DNA from: the human T2T-CHM13v2.0 reference genome, Homo sapiens
Strand: one strand, 5' to 3'
DNA: 64,000 nucleotides
Assembly (NCBI RefSeq): GCF_009914755.1
Contig: NC_060947.1
In this document: positions 25,906 to 40,318 of the stretch, piece by piece
Layout of the letters: each line of letters opens with the position of its first letter
Numbering within the stretch: the first letter of the stretch is position 1
Made by a program: the position numbers and the translations under genes
The notes under the pieces: model-generated
What the model was told of the DNA's origin: nothing
Database searches by the model: none
The model's input: only the letters and a program-made list of their open reading frames with translations

Positions 25906-26683
25906 TGAGGCAGGATATTTCCCTGACCCCTTCATGGGTGGGAACTGGAGTGCATGGGTGCTGGCAGGGGTGAACTCCACTCATTCACTGCTCCACCCCT
26001 TGTGGGAGGGGGAGTGCAGGTGAGGGGATGCAGGAGCCAGGGTGAGTGCTTTTGGGTACTAGCAACAGTGAACTCCATGCTGGCCCCATGGCTGCCTCTA
26101 GGGTAGGTTGCCTGTGACTCCTAAAGCACTAGGGGAAGTGTTACAGTGGCCTTTTAGCTTTGCAACCTGCAGACGGCTTAAGTGTTAACAGCTCAGTGGA
26201 GGGTCAGTGTGACAGCCTTTTGTACTGACACTCATGGCACCCAAGTTCTTGTCCAGCGTCCAGGAGGAATGAGGTTGCACTAACGAACTGAAGATGGTAA
26301 ATGCAGGGGATTTTTTTATTGCTGGTGAAAGTGGCTCTCAGTAGGAAAGGGAGCTGAAAAGGGGATGGAGCACAAAGGTAAGCTTCCCCTGGAGTCAAGC
26401 TGTTCCTCTGAAGTCAAGCTGCTTCTCTCCAATGTCCAACTGTAGTCTCTCACATCCAGCTGCTTCTCCTCTCTGCTGGCTGAGCCTGGGGTTTTTATGG
26501 GCACAGGATGGGAAGGTGGGGTGGGCCATGGGTGGTTTTGGAGAAGGCAAAATTCGAGGGGGAAAAGAAGGGTGTAAGTTCTCTCTTTGGGCCATGGTTC
26601 CAGGCTTTTTGGTTTGAGGGTGGGGACTTCACTGGGGACCCTCCCTTTTCTGCCCAGAATTTCCCTGCCTTCTATTTCTATCA
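25906..26683 (-). mobile_element. ERV1 solo LTR, LTR27/LTR28/MER52 group
   Basis: TGAGGCAGGATATTTCCCTGACCCCTTC...CCCAGAATTTCCCTGCC..TATCA; 4-bp TSD ACAG at 25902-25905 and 26684-26687. Confidence 0.88.
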
Positions 26684-27511
26684 ACAGTATAGGAATGAGT
26701 CATACTACTTGGACTGTGGTTCTCCAACAAGTTCTACACCAGGGATAAGAGTTAAGATAGATAAAAATGTTAAAGGTGAGAGAAAGTCTGTCTAGCCTGG
26801 GCTGAGCCGAATCATGCAGATTTAGTAAAGCCTTAATACCCAGGCTTCGGGCTTCATTCTTAAGGCTCTGAACCTGAGTTGGAAGAAAGACTCTTCCCTC
26901 AACATGAGGTCATCATTCCCAAAAGAAAGCCTAGGACATTGTGATTGACCGAACCTAACGCTCTAAGAATTAGTGGCTACCAGTTTGCTCATTCTTGTAG
27001 TCTCATTACCCTAAGTCGAAAGAAAAGTGTCTCAACAATGAAAAGAAGAGGACCTTATTTTCAGGAACTTAATGGTCCAATAGGACCATAAGGACAACAC
27101 AACATGCATTTCATAGAAGCTTGGAGAAAAGTATTCTGTACTCTGACTACAGAAAATTAGTAAAGTCTATTGAGATAAGAATTTTGATCAGGTCCCCCTG
27201 ATGACGCATGAGCTCAGTAACTAGATTGTGGGAAACAAGGTTTCCAGGAGAAGGTCACATTGAAGGTCAAAGATCCAGGGCATTTTATAGCTTATTCTCT
27301 AAGCCCTAAGATGTGTTGTTCATCTGAAACATATAATATATGATAGAAAGTAATGGAATCTAAGTCTAGTAGGATAACTGGATGACAGCTCTGCTAATGA
27401 GTGCAGAGGAAGTCTTGCTGGTCTTTATTTTTGGGAATCCTTAAGAATGAAATGCAGTTCTGTAAGAACATGAAAGGCAATCTCTTAGCGCTGTTTCTAT
27501 GTGTTCTTTCA

Positions 27512-27901
<390 letters not shown>

Positions 27902-30449
27902 TCACATTATAAAATTGTTGAGTATTTTGGAGCTCACCCATAACTGGATTTAGTAAGGAAAATGAATATCAGTAGTGGTTTTACAATTTTTGGTGCTATG
28001 GACCCAGTTAATGTATTTCATGGATAGTTTAATATTCCTTCAAGAGAAAACCCCACATACACACAGGAGACACATCATAGGGACTCCAATTACATTATGG
28101 ACCCAGGTTAAAAATCTAATTTTATTGTTTAAGATGAGAAAAGTAATTTCTGCTGGGGTGGTTCCTTCTGGGACATGCCCCATTTGCCATTGAGAAATGG
28201 GAAAGAGTTGAAGAGGAAGCAAAAATGTAATATGTCTTTCTTAATGTGGGTCTCAGCAGAGTGGGCTACCCAGAAATGATTGTATTCTATGCAGAGTGAG
28301 GCCAGCGTATGCCAGTGTCCTCTGTGGAACTCATATGTGAAATCCTGTGCTGTAAGTTTTCACGTGTGTCATCTCCTTTCAATCCCAGCACACTATCTAA
28401 CATAGTTACCACCACACTCACTCTAAGGATGAAGATACCACACTTGAGTAACTTCCCTGAAGATCACAGAGCTAGCTAACAGTGGAGATAGGATTCAAAC
28501 TTTACTATCTACAAGCAGGATGTTTTTCACTGGACTGCTTTAACTCATCTTCTCCTCTTCTGATACTTTAAGAAAGGAGTGACAAAACTGTAGATGTAAG
28601 CCCACTTAAAGAAGCCCCAAAATTAGTGTTGCTCAGACAAGCACACGGGGTAAACTCAAGTTGTGATGGCTGCAAGCACCAAGTGTTCCTTATAGATAAA
28701 GGAAATATGTCTTGTTTAACTAGCTTGGGAGACTTTTTCAATGTAGCCATGAAATACAAAGCAAAAGGTCGAATTTACAGGTATATTTACAGATATGTAA
28801 ATTTACAGATATTACAGATATCTGAGTTGCCTAATACAGAATATAAGAGAATGATGTACATCAGATGATTGTCCAATGAGAAAAGTGTCTTCCTATGCTT
28901 GTATTAGGAATTGTGCACTGAAATAATGCATAGAAATAGTTATCAGTTTCTGATGGCTGTGTGCGATCAATCTCCAGTGGGGTTTCTCAGTCCATCAAAC
29001 TCTTGATTTCTCAGTTTAGCTGTGATCCCTTCTTCATCCAATAAGTGCAGTATACATTTGCAGAATGCTGGTGGTTTCTACCAGTCCACAGTTTAGAAAA
29101 TAATACTGCCAGTAAGACAATGAGTCGTCTTATCCCCTTGAGTCTTTGACCACCGTGAGCATTTCAACCAAAATTAATTCAATAAATAATTATCGCACAG
29201 CTACAATGTGCTGAGCTGTGTTCTGGATACTGTGGAATACACAAAGATGGTCAGACACAGATAGATCCTTAAGATGGTTATAGAAGGGGGAAGCCAAGTT
29301 TAAGAAATGCACCCAAATGATTATCACAAAAGCAAGGTGATGTATCAGTTAGGAGCCAACCAGGAACAGAGGCAATTGTACCACTGATTGTACCATAGAG
29401 GGAAATGGATAGAAGGGATTTATAACACAAGTGCTGTCAACGTGAACAGAGTGAGGGAATTCAGAGCCCAGTAACAGTGGAAAGCTGACACCAACACTAT
29501 ACCTGATGGTCAAACGGAGAAGGCGATGTTAATAAACTCAATGGAGGCTGCAACAGTAAAAAGAGCAGGATTTTGAGCCATGCATGGAGAAGGTACATTA
29601 TAAGAGGGGTGAGAAATATTCTGGATTTCCCCTTTTTCCCATCAGCGAATCTCCTGCTGGTGCATTCTAGCAGGAAGCCTGGTGACATGAATCTTTGAAA
29701 ATAGTGTCTGCATGGCTTAGGCTCCCTATGATGCAAAACAGAGCTGGAGAATGGGGAGGAGGGGATCTGGGGTGAGGCACTCCAAGGCGTGCAAAGACAC
29801 TAAGTGATAAACTAATCCAACATTATGGAGATTCAAAGAATCCAGTAATTTAGACAAAATTGAGAGAAAGGATTCCAGGATCCTAGATTGTGGAGAGCTT
29901 TGTGTACTTGAGAAGGTCAATTTAGAAATGTTTCATACGTTTTAAGGAAATTAAAAGCATCTAGAAATATGCTTCATTTTTCTCCTTTACTCCCTGTTCA
30001 GGAAATAGGAGAGCAAACATCTTGAGCATGTATCTTCAGGATAATTTTCAATCAGAGATACATTTACCATCTGAAATGTTTATCCGCTACTTGCTTTCCC
30101 TGCTTTTGTCTTTAGCTTTAGGTCGTCGTCATGTGTTGTTCTTCCTGATACAGGGAAACAATAACAAAGATAAAGCAGACAAATGAGCTTCCTGGCTGGT
30201 TTTATCTGACTTTTACTCAAGGCTTCTCTCCCAAGATGTCCAGTTACTTAGGCTCTAGGCTGAATCTGCATAGTGGCATTTTGGTCTTTATAATTTTTCC
30301 AGCTGGGAGAGATCTATTTTAAGTAATAATCATAATAATCTGGCTTGGTTTTATGGTCAGTTTTCCCTATCTGAGCAACTCGGAAGGTTTCGGATGATTT
30401 CCATCAAGTGAAAACTTCTTGAGAAGAAAAATGTGTATGAACTCTGGAT

Positions 30450-30656
30450 GAGGGTTTGTCAACTTTTTTCTGGAAAGGGCTGGATAGCAAGTGTTTTTGG
30501 CTTTGTGGGACATAGTTTCTGCCACAATGACTCCACTATGCTGTTGTAGTGTGAATGTGCCATAGATGATAGATGAACAAATGGACCTGGCTGTGTTCCA
30601 GTAAAACTTTATTTACAGAAAAGCAGGTGGAGGGTCACAGTTTGACCACAACTGCT
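30450..30656. mobile_element. MER58A (hAT-Charlie) DNA transposon
   Basis: CAACTTTTTTCTGGAAAGGGCTGGATAG..GGCTGTGTTCCAGTAAAACTTTATTTACAGAAA. Confidence 0.8.
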
Positions 30657-30756
30657 CTAGATTCTAGACATTAATAATTAAGTGCACATATACAGATATA
30701 TCTGCCTGCAAATATCCATGGTCAAATTTTATTCTAATAAAAAGGCTTTTGTGTTC

Positions 30757-30759
30757 TTT

Positions 30760-30798
<39 letters not shown>
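30757..30798. repeat. (TTTA)n microsatellite
   Basis: About ten perfect units. Confidence 0.9.
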
Positions 30799-30800
<2 letters not shown>

Positions 30801-30880
30801 GAAGCATAGTCTGTGTTGGCTTTTGATAAAATCAATAGTGTGAAAAGAAGATCTTTTCCCTGGCAACCCTTTAAGGTTAA

Positions 30881-31256
<376 letters not shown>

Positions 31257-31472
31257 TCTTCATTCTTTATTTTAAACACATACATTTTATTATGACACTA
31301 GTATGTAATAATAATGGATATTACTATGTCTACTTTACAAATTGAAAAGCTAAGGCTCAGAGGAAATAAGTGATTAACTTAAAGACCTATTGTTATTAAG
31401 GGAGAGAATTGAAAGTTAGACTCAGATCCATGGACCAAATGTTTCCACATCTACTATAAAAATACTATTAAG

Positions 31473-31785
<313 letters not shown>

Positions 31786-31840
31786 CTAATAAGGCTACAT
31801 CTGTTTGTGAAGCATATTATGCATTTGATGCATTTGGTAA

Positions 31841-32200
<360 letters not shown>

Positions 32201-32339
32201 TAAGATCCCCTAACTTAATTTAAAAGAATAATGAAAGAGTATAGGGAAGCAGATGTCATCCTGTTTACAAGGGTGATATCTAATAAGACTCTTTCCTTTC
32301 CATTTGTCCCTTCTCCTCAGTCAGGTTGCCTATGGTAGA

Positions 32340-33140
32340 AGCCATCTTTAACATAAACAGCAGGGCCCCAAATGCCGGGAAGGATACCTAGGAAAGTGAT
32401 CATTCGTGCAGTTTCCACTTTGGGAAAAATTTAGTAGACACTTGAACTCTGGCAGCGCCGCTTTGATACCCCATCGGCACCAACTCAATTACCTGCCATT
32501 TCTGCAGAAGGATTATTTGTTCACGAACGCCGGCGGAGTGGGCTGTGCTTCCAGATCCAATACTCAATTCATTGAGCTGAAATTAACTGCCTCTCTCCAG
32601 CTGGAGGAAAAACAAGCCTCCCCGGCCATTTCCACAATGGTAAAGTGAATTAATTTATTCGCACACACTCAGGAGAACCTGACAGTTTCTCTACCAGCCC
32701 AGGAATTCCTTGGCACAAAAATGAGATTCCTTCCCGTCCCTTGACTGGTTTTTACTTAAAAGAAAAATGTAGCCTAAGGGCAAATGGTGGGTGGGTACGG
32801 GGTTTATCTAGGGAAGAGACTGAAACAGGAATCATCTCAAGCATTGTAAGAGTCACTGAGTAACTGGAGGTCTGGTTATGGAAGAAGAGAGATGATATAT
32901 TTTTGGCTTGAAATGATTTAAGACTTCTTTTAAAGGAAGTTGTCAAAAGACATTGTAAATGCCCTAATCTGTTCTTCCATAAGAACCTGAGTCTCGCAAT
33001 TGATAAAGGAGATGGCAGATTGACATTTTATTTTGTGCAATTTGAAAATTGATGAGGCGTAATTTACTGGGTTGATGTTTAATCAATTCTTAAAATCAAC
33101 GGATGCAATGACGTGTAATTACTGAGCTCCTTCTAGCTAC
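32340..33140. promoter_or_regulatory. Candidate conserved non-coding enhancer
   Basis: No repeat recognised; ~11 CpGs in 32370-32665; ATAAACA (FOX), CTTTGAT (TCF/LEF), several TAAT/ATTA homeobox cores, TGACGTG. Confidence 0.35.
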
Positions 33141-35214
33141 ATAGCATTGTACAAAACACAAAGGTGGGTGCAATTTATACCCTTAAGGAGGTGGAACAAG
33201 AACAATGTTTTGTACACAATAGCTTCCTTACAAATATTATTTGACTTATATCTGTAACAATCTTACGTGGTTGGTAGAGTAACCCACTTTTTAACTTTTG
33301 TGTGAAAGCATTCCCTATTAATGCCATGGGAATAACAAAAACGATATTGTAAAGTCTAAATCTTAGAATCCACAAATGAAAACTTTTTCTTTCAGATAGT
33401 GGAGTAGACTATTTGATGAAAAAGGCTTAGCAAGACACATATGGAGCTTGAAATTTCAAGAAAATCAGTATGAATCTATTGAAACACTTCCAAAGTGTAA
33501 ACTAACTAATTTTGGATTTAAAAGGCTTACAGAAAGAAAAAGAATTTACTTTTTTAAGAGCAAAACATGGGCTTTTTCCTTAGGACACGATTCTCTCTCG
33601 GAATGATAACTCCATCCTCCATCAGCACCCTGTTATAGTTAATATAACATGAAGACTTGCAGCTTAGAGATCAAACATTAATTCTGATCTTGCGACTTTA
33701 AAAAAAAATCGTGTTCTTCATGAAAAGATAAAGGTACTTAAAACTGCTTTGGCTATTCAATTCTTAAACGAAGGTGACCTCCAACAAGGAATGAAAAATA
33801 CCAGTACCACAGTTACACTGGAAAATCAATAACATAGAAAAGTGAATTGAAGACATGATAGCCTGAAGAATAGGTAAGATTGAATAAGGATGGTTGAGCC
33901 TGTGGTGGTCAACATTTCTACATTTTGACTGGGAGGAAATCATAAAGGAAAAAACAGACGGAAAGCATGACATTCTGCAGGCTGTGGCACTAGAAAAGAG
34001 CTTTAGAAATAATGTATTTTCTTTTAAAATAATTCAGCCAATGCTATCTTCAGTCTAGAGGATATTTTAATGTGTGACTTAAATGAATGCTTAGTGACCT
34101 CTCTGAGTCAAGAATTGGTCATGAAAATAAACACACAATGATAAGTATTTAGAAGGAATAAATCACATCACACACATTTTTATAAGTGTAAAGTTGCAGG
34201 AATTTTGGCATTTTTAGTATGCATTTAGGGGCATGTTGTCTAAACAACATGTAATGTGAAACACTTCTGTTTTTCCCTCAAAAATGGGAACACTGAGCTA
34301 TAGAAATTATCTTTGTAATTATTTAAATTTAACATAGCTGCTTTAGTAATAAAGCCGCAATATAGATTGTTAACAAAAAAGATTTTATTTAGCTGCTACA
34401 TAGTTAGGTTTTCTGAGGGTGTCTTTCTTTACTATTTGAACATTGTGAATGAACCACAGGATTTTGCACGTCCAATATTTGAGTTTCTGATGAATGTGTG
34501 GACATGTTATCAAATATATTAATATATCATTGTTCACATGAGGATAGCAAGATCTGAATTTTTCATGTTTGATTGGTGTAAACCAACTTGTCCCTTTTCT
34601 TTTTTTCCCCTGCTCTCTTTACAACATAACATGCAACTCTCCAGTAATACTATAGATTGTAAACTGTCTTAGGATAGATGCTGAAGAATTTGAAAAGGGA
34701 GGGGCATATATTGAACCTATCTTTCCAGCCATGTCCTGGGCTAGCCATTGTTTATTTGTTATGAAATCCTTACAGCAATCTTCCAAAAAAGGTGCCTGGA
34801 TTTCAGGTTGATCTAAAAGGACAGTTCAGTTCTGCTTGTATTTTGAGTTTTGGAAACTTCTTAGAGGTGTGTGCAAGTGACATTTAGGTCTTAAAGGAAA
34901 TCATACCAATTTGGTACAGTAAGAGTCACCTGGAGACCTTGAGATTTCTAATACTGAGCTACAAGTTGAGTGTATCTTTAGATCACCACAACTGTGTCCA
35001 TGCTCTTTTCTCTCTTTGTACATTTTGACTAGAAAATATTGAAACCTGTTTCAGAGTCAGTCAATTTTTCACCAAGACTGGGTCAGTGTGTTATTTAATA
35101 AAATTATTCTGGTATTTCTTTTCTTTTTTATGTATGACATAAAGATATAAAAAAGTAATTGTATCAGAATCTAATTTCCCCAGCATCTCTTTCCAATGTT
35201 AGTCTCATAAATAC

Positions 35215-35550
35215 ACAGTTATGTATATACACATATACACACATGTAAACACACATATACACATGTGTATATGCAAATTTGTATGCACACATGTATAAAC
35301 CCAAATATATGTACACATGTTACATATGTATAAACACAAACATATGTACACACATGAATGAACACATATATGTAGACATATGTATACACATATGCACATG
35401 TGTACACATATATACACATATATGTATACACACATATATACACATATATGTATACACACATATATACACATATATGTATACACACATATATACACATATA
35501 TGTATACACACATATATACACATGTGAATACACGTATATATTATAATATA
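35215..35550. repeat. TA/CA-rich tract containing a 26-bp minisatellite (TATATACACATATATGTATACACACA, ~4.5 copies at 35409-35522)
   Basis: Direct inspection. Confidence 0.9.
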
Positions 35551-35619
35551 TCTTAAATTAAAGAATCCTTTAGAACAAATGCAGAAACGAACATTATCTG
35601 ACTCCGGATGTAATTTGCT

Positions 35620-36305
35620 CTAGATCACCTAAGTCATGTTCTTACCAAAGAGCTTCACCTGAATGTAATCATGAGGAAGCAATAAGACAAATACTGGATT
35701 GAATACAAATTCAGTATTTTATGAAACAACTAGCATGGACTCTTAAAAATGTCAATTCTATGAAACAATGAACCAAAAATGTGGAGAAGCAATTCTAGAT
35801 TTGCAAAAGCCTATTGCAAATAAATGCAAAGCATGTTCATTAAAGGATGCCTGAATTTAGATATGGAGAAAAGAGATTTTTGTGACAAGGGGCACTTTTT
35901 AATATGGGATGGTACAATAGATAATATTATTGTATGAATCTTAAATGTCTTCAATGTGATAATTATATTATGGTTACACAGAAGTATGTCTCTGTTCTTA
36001 GGTGATACACGCTAAAGTATCAGTAAAGTGTCCTTACTTTCAAGTAATTCAGAAGGTTGTGACTATATATATATGCATTATATTTATGCATTCTATATTA
36101 ATTTATATATGTGTATTATATATGTATTTGTGGATACATATATAATATCGACTAGAGAGTGCATAAGCAAAAATAGTAGAGAGAGAAAGCAAATGTGAGA
36201 AAATGGTAAAATAATAATTAGTAAATCTTAATGAAGGGTATAGTGGTATTTATTGTATTACTATTTCAACTTTTCTGCAGATTTGACATTTTTCAAAATA
36301 AAAAC
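35620..36305 (+). mobile_element. Ancient L1ME/L1MC-type 3' UTR
   Basis: ACCTGAATGTAATCATGAGGAAGC..GGACTCTTAAAAATGTCAA..TTTCAACTTTTCTGCAGATTTGACATTTTTCAAAATAAAA. Confidence 0.7.
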
Positions 36306-36599
36306 ATGGGAAGGGGATCAAATGCAAATCCAGTTCTCACAGAGAGTTATGGAGTAATGGAAAGTTATGAAGTACTTCCTGTAGCACCGCTTCCCTGCCC
36401 AGCTATACCTAGGATTTGGTTGCACCATATTGTCTATATATTATAATACAATTCCAGGTGTTTGCAGACATAGAAACTGATTTTTTTTTTAAATCCTCAC
36501 TAATTATTTTTTTCTAGTCTCCGACAGTGGCTTTCATTCTGGGAAATAACCAAATGCATTCAAAGCCAACCCCTGTGAATATGGTGAGTTATCAAAATG

Positions 36600-36810
36600 G
36601 CAGCATGGCACAGTAGGGAGCGAATAGAAAGAGAGTTGGAAAATTTGACAAAGGCTATGAGCTCAGATATAGCTCAAAGACTCATGATCATGGGACAGGG
36701 AGCAAGTAACCAAATCTCCCTGCCTCAGTTTTCTTATATGCCTGGTAATGAGCTAACACAACACATGTAAAGGTGCTGTGCATTAGTGAAGGTCAACATA
36801 AATGATGGGA
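36600..36810. mobile_element. MIR SINE fragment
   Basis: GGCAGCATGGCACAGTAG..GCAAGTAACCAAATCTCCCTGCCTCAGTTTTCTTAT. Confidence 0.55.
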
Positions 36811-36937
36811 CTTATAATGTGATACAGGAACCAGACATAACAAATACCAGAAAACGGGGAAGTACTGTCATTGTTAAAATTCAGATATTCTTGAAACAAG
36901 AAGATGGATGGTTTTTGGTATGTCGTATGTTATCTTG

Positions 36938-37190
36938 TTTTTTTTAATTTGATTTTCCTAATTGGCAAATTCATGGGGTCCACAGTGATGTTTCCATACA
37001 AATAATGTATAGTGATAAGATCAAGGTCATTAGCTTCCCAAACATACCCAGCTCCCCAAACATTTATCATTTCTTTGTGTTGGAAATGTTCAATATTCTC
37101 ATTCCAGCTATTTGAAATGATATCATATATTATCGTTAACTACAGGCATCCTACAATGCTATATAGAACAGTAGAAGTTATTCCTCCTAA
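36938..37190 (-). mobile_element. L1MA-type 3' end fragment
   Basis: ATGGGGTCCACAGTGATGTTTC..GATCAAGGTCATTAGC..TTTATCATTTCTTTGTGTTGG. Confidence 0.75.
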
Positions 37191-37672
37191 AGAACTTCAA
37201 AAATAGTAGTAACATGACATTCATAAATAACACTTGGATGTATAGTTTGGGTCCATTTGTTTAAAAGTGGTGCATTAAGTAATACATCATGCATCTATGT
37301 AGAATTACATTTTTATGTACATAAGCACTTATATATACAGAAATTAAAGCATCAAGTGATTTCTTAGAAGCTGCTAAAAAGTGAGAAGTTCATGAAGTGG
37401 AATGAAATAAGAGCAAATACTAATTCATTATATGTAGAATAAATGTACACTTTTCAGTGGATAGGTTTGGTCAGATGATGGTACTTTCAACAGAAAACAA
37501 ATACAAGGAAAAGATTTGGGGAACTGGCAGGCTAAATAACTAAGAACTCTGCAGAAAAGGTCATCCTTTAGGAAAAATACAATTTTTGTATTCTTTAATG
37601 AGTTGCTTCTCCAAGGATTATTTTTTCCCAGAATCATCATTAACACCTCTAGTATTGAGTCACAGGAATCTT

Positions 37673-38029
37673 TTTTTTTATTTTATTATTATTATACTTT
37701 AAGTTTTAGGGTACATGTGCACAACGTGCAGGTTTGTTACATATGTATACATGTGCCATGTTGGTGTGCTGCACCCATTAACTCGTCATTTAGCATTAGG
37801 TATATCTCCTAATGCTATCCCTCCCCCCTCCCCCCACCCCACAACAGTCCCCAGAGTGTGATGTTCCCCTTCCTGTGTCCATGTGTTCTCATTGTTCAAT
37901 TCCCACCTATGAGTGAGAACATGCGGTGTTTGGTTTTTTGTCGTTGCGATAGTTTGCTGAGAATGATGGTTTCCAGCTTCATCCATGTCCCTACAAAGGA
38001 TACGAACTCATCATTTTTTATGGCTGCAT
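37673..38029 (-). mobile_element. Young 5'-truncated L1PA (L1PA3/4-like) 3' end
   Basis: TATACTTTAAGTTTTAGGGTACATGTGCACAACGTGCAGG..CCCCACAACAGTCCCCAGAGTGTG; TSD AGGAATCTT at 37664-37672 and 38030-38038. Confidence 0.95.
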
Positions 38030-38534
38030 AGGAATCTTATAAATTAACTTCTATTTTTTAAACTAGGAGGAGGGAAAACTTGGCCACAATTTTTCTGACT
38101 TCTAGTTCATTTTCTTCTTGTTAAAATCATCATCCCACTTTTGCCTGATGCCCACCAGTATCTATGAAATAGTAGTAGTATATTTTATTACCTTTCCTCT
38201 TCTGTAAAATTTTTCTTTCACCCAAACTCTGACTCCTGTATGCAACATTCTCCATATTCTGCCCTCGGAGTCTGATTCTGTTTTAACTGCCCATATCCAA
38301 AGAGTTCAGTTGTTCCCATGGCTGTGATGTTACCTTTGTTTAGTAAGAACGCATGCACCAGTATGAAGAGATGTCCAATGGAAATCTGACTTCACACTCT
38401 GTAGCACGCAAGCCCTTCATCTCTCACACCCTTCTGAGTTTACTTGGGTATTGCCTGTGGGAACGATGGTAGTAAAATCATGCATGGCTGGTTCACATCA
38501 GAAGGAGAAATTTGTCCTGTATAAAAATGACCTG

Positions 38535-38990
38535 TGAAAGCTGCAAACAGCCCAGATGTCCATTGACTCATAAACGGATATAAAAATGTGCTATATACAT
38601 ACAATGGTATAGTATTTGGCCATAAAAAGGAGTGAAAGAATGAATACAAGCTACAATATGGACAGACCCTGATGACGATATGCTAAGGGTAAGTCCATCA
38701 TAAAAAAGGATAAATATTGTATGATTCCATTCACGAAATGTCTAACACAGACAAATCCATATAGACATAGAATGAGATTAGTAGTTGCCTAAGGTTGTGG
38801 GGGTGGATGGAGGAACTTAGGAGGGGATGACCAAGGGACAGGGCACAGTTTCTTTTTTAGAGTGATAAAAATGTTCTAAAGTTGATTGTAGTGATGGTTA
38901 CACAAGCCTGTGAATATCCTCAAAACCATGCGATTGTACATTTCAGGGGGTGAATTGTGGGATTTATGAATTTTATTTTAATAAAGTTAT
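38535..38990 (+). mobile_element. L1MB-like 3' end
   Basis: CCCAGATGTCCAT..AAATATTGTATGATTCCATT..GATTAGTAGTTGCC..GTGATAAAAATGTTCTAAA..AATAAAG. Confidence 0.8.
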
Positions 38991-40145
38991 TACCCTACCA
39001 CAAAAACTGTTGAAGGCAGCCTTTGAGACAATGTTCTGCCAGGCAAACACTGGCCATCGGAATGGGTGACATTCCTTAGTCCCTGATTTCTTTTTTTAGC
39101 CAAAGACTTTGCGTGCTAACACCTGCAAGACATAGACCTGCAAGGCTTATAAAAGATGTTTATGGCTTGGCGTAAATGCCCATTGCTCTATGGGGACAAA
39201 GGGTAACACTTGCTCTAACTAACTTCCCAAGCAAAGCTCACCATTCCGCTTTATTGTTTTGGATAACTATACGCAAGAACCAGAAGCGTTGCTACTCAGG
39301 GAAAGATACATAACTCCAAGATTGAGTGTCTCTCTTGGTTCTTCACCGGCTGCAAAAATGAATCCATTTGCATATGATCAACATATAAAATAGTAAATAC
39401 AGTATTTGATCAAGACATTGATTTTTTAGTTTACATTTATGACTGTTTCTTAATAAAGCCAATCAGTAAAAAACAATACAGTTTCTTTAACAAATGTGTC
39501 ATTTAGAAGCAATTTTATGGTGGGTTCATTCTTTCTTCAACTTTCGTTTTCACATATTTGTATCAAATGCTTTCAGGACACCTGAAATACCTCCCTTAAA
39601 CAAGAGTTCTCAGGAATAAGTTGGAACAACACTGTTCTAATTGACTCATTGACCCTTTAACTTGGAGTAACTTAATTTCAGTTTCCTTGTCTTTAAAATG
39701 TGCCTGCTTCTAGGGGGCTGACCTAGTTTTTCAAATTCATTCTTCAATCTGTATGCATGTGTGTATATATATGCACATATATACATACATATGTTGTCCT
39801 TTCAGTGTTAAGAAGACAAGAAATGGATATAAGAGCTAGAAATAATGTATCTTCTATTGTCAAAACCACCTGCTAAGGATGGAGACTGGGAAAGAGAAGA
39901 CCTTCTGGCTGGCTCCAAACCCCAAGTAAATTTTCAGGTGCAAAATTTTGGCAGAAGCTGTGGAAAGTTAAATATATGTATAAGAAAACAATATTTTTGA
40001 GAACTTGCTGATCAATCCTTGTGTTGAGAAATGATGGAAAGAGAAGAGAAGAGAGAAATAACTGAGAAACATGAAGCTAGGAAATCCTTGGGGTTTGGGT
40101 AAACTAGGGACTTGTTTTTTTCTTAAATAGTCACGAGCAGGTTTT

Positions 40146-40217
40146 CTTTCCAACTTTTATTTTAGATTCTGGGGGTACACATGCAGGTTTGTTACTTGGG
40201 AATATTGCATGATGTAA
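40146..40217 (-). mobile_element. Extremely 5'-truncated L1PA 3' tip (~72 bp)
   Basis: CAACTTTTATTTTAGATTCTGGGGGTACACATGCAGGTTTGTTAC; TSD AGCAGGTTTT at 40136-40145 and 40218-40227. Confidence 0.85.
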
Positions 40218-40318
40218 AGCAGGTTTTGAACTTGTTAATTGCCTTCTCTGTGATTGTCCACCTGTCTAACCTCTCCAAGTCAAATCTTAGTAGAACCACA
40301 GATTGCTTGCAAGAGTGG

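Noticed and set aside
35205-35533. Overlapping C/V/Y/I/H/T-rich ORFs
   Set aside because: Artefacts of the TA/CA repeat
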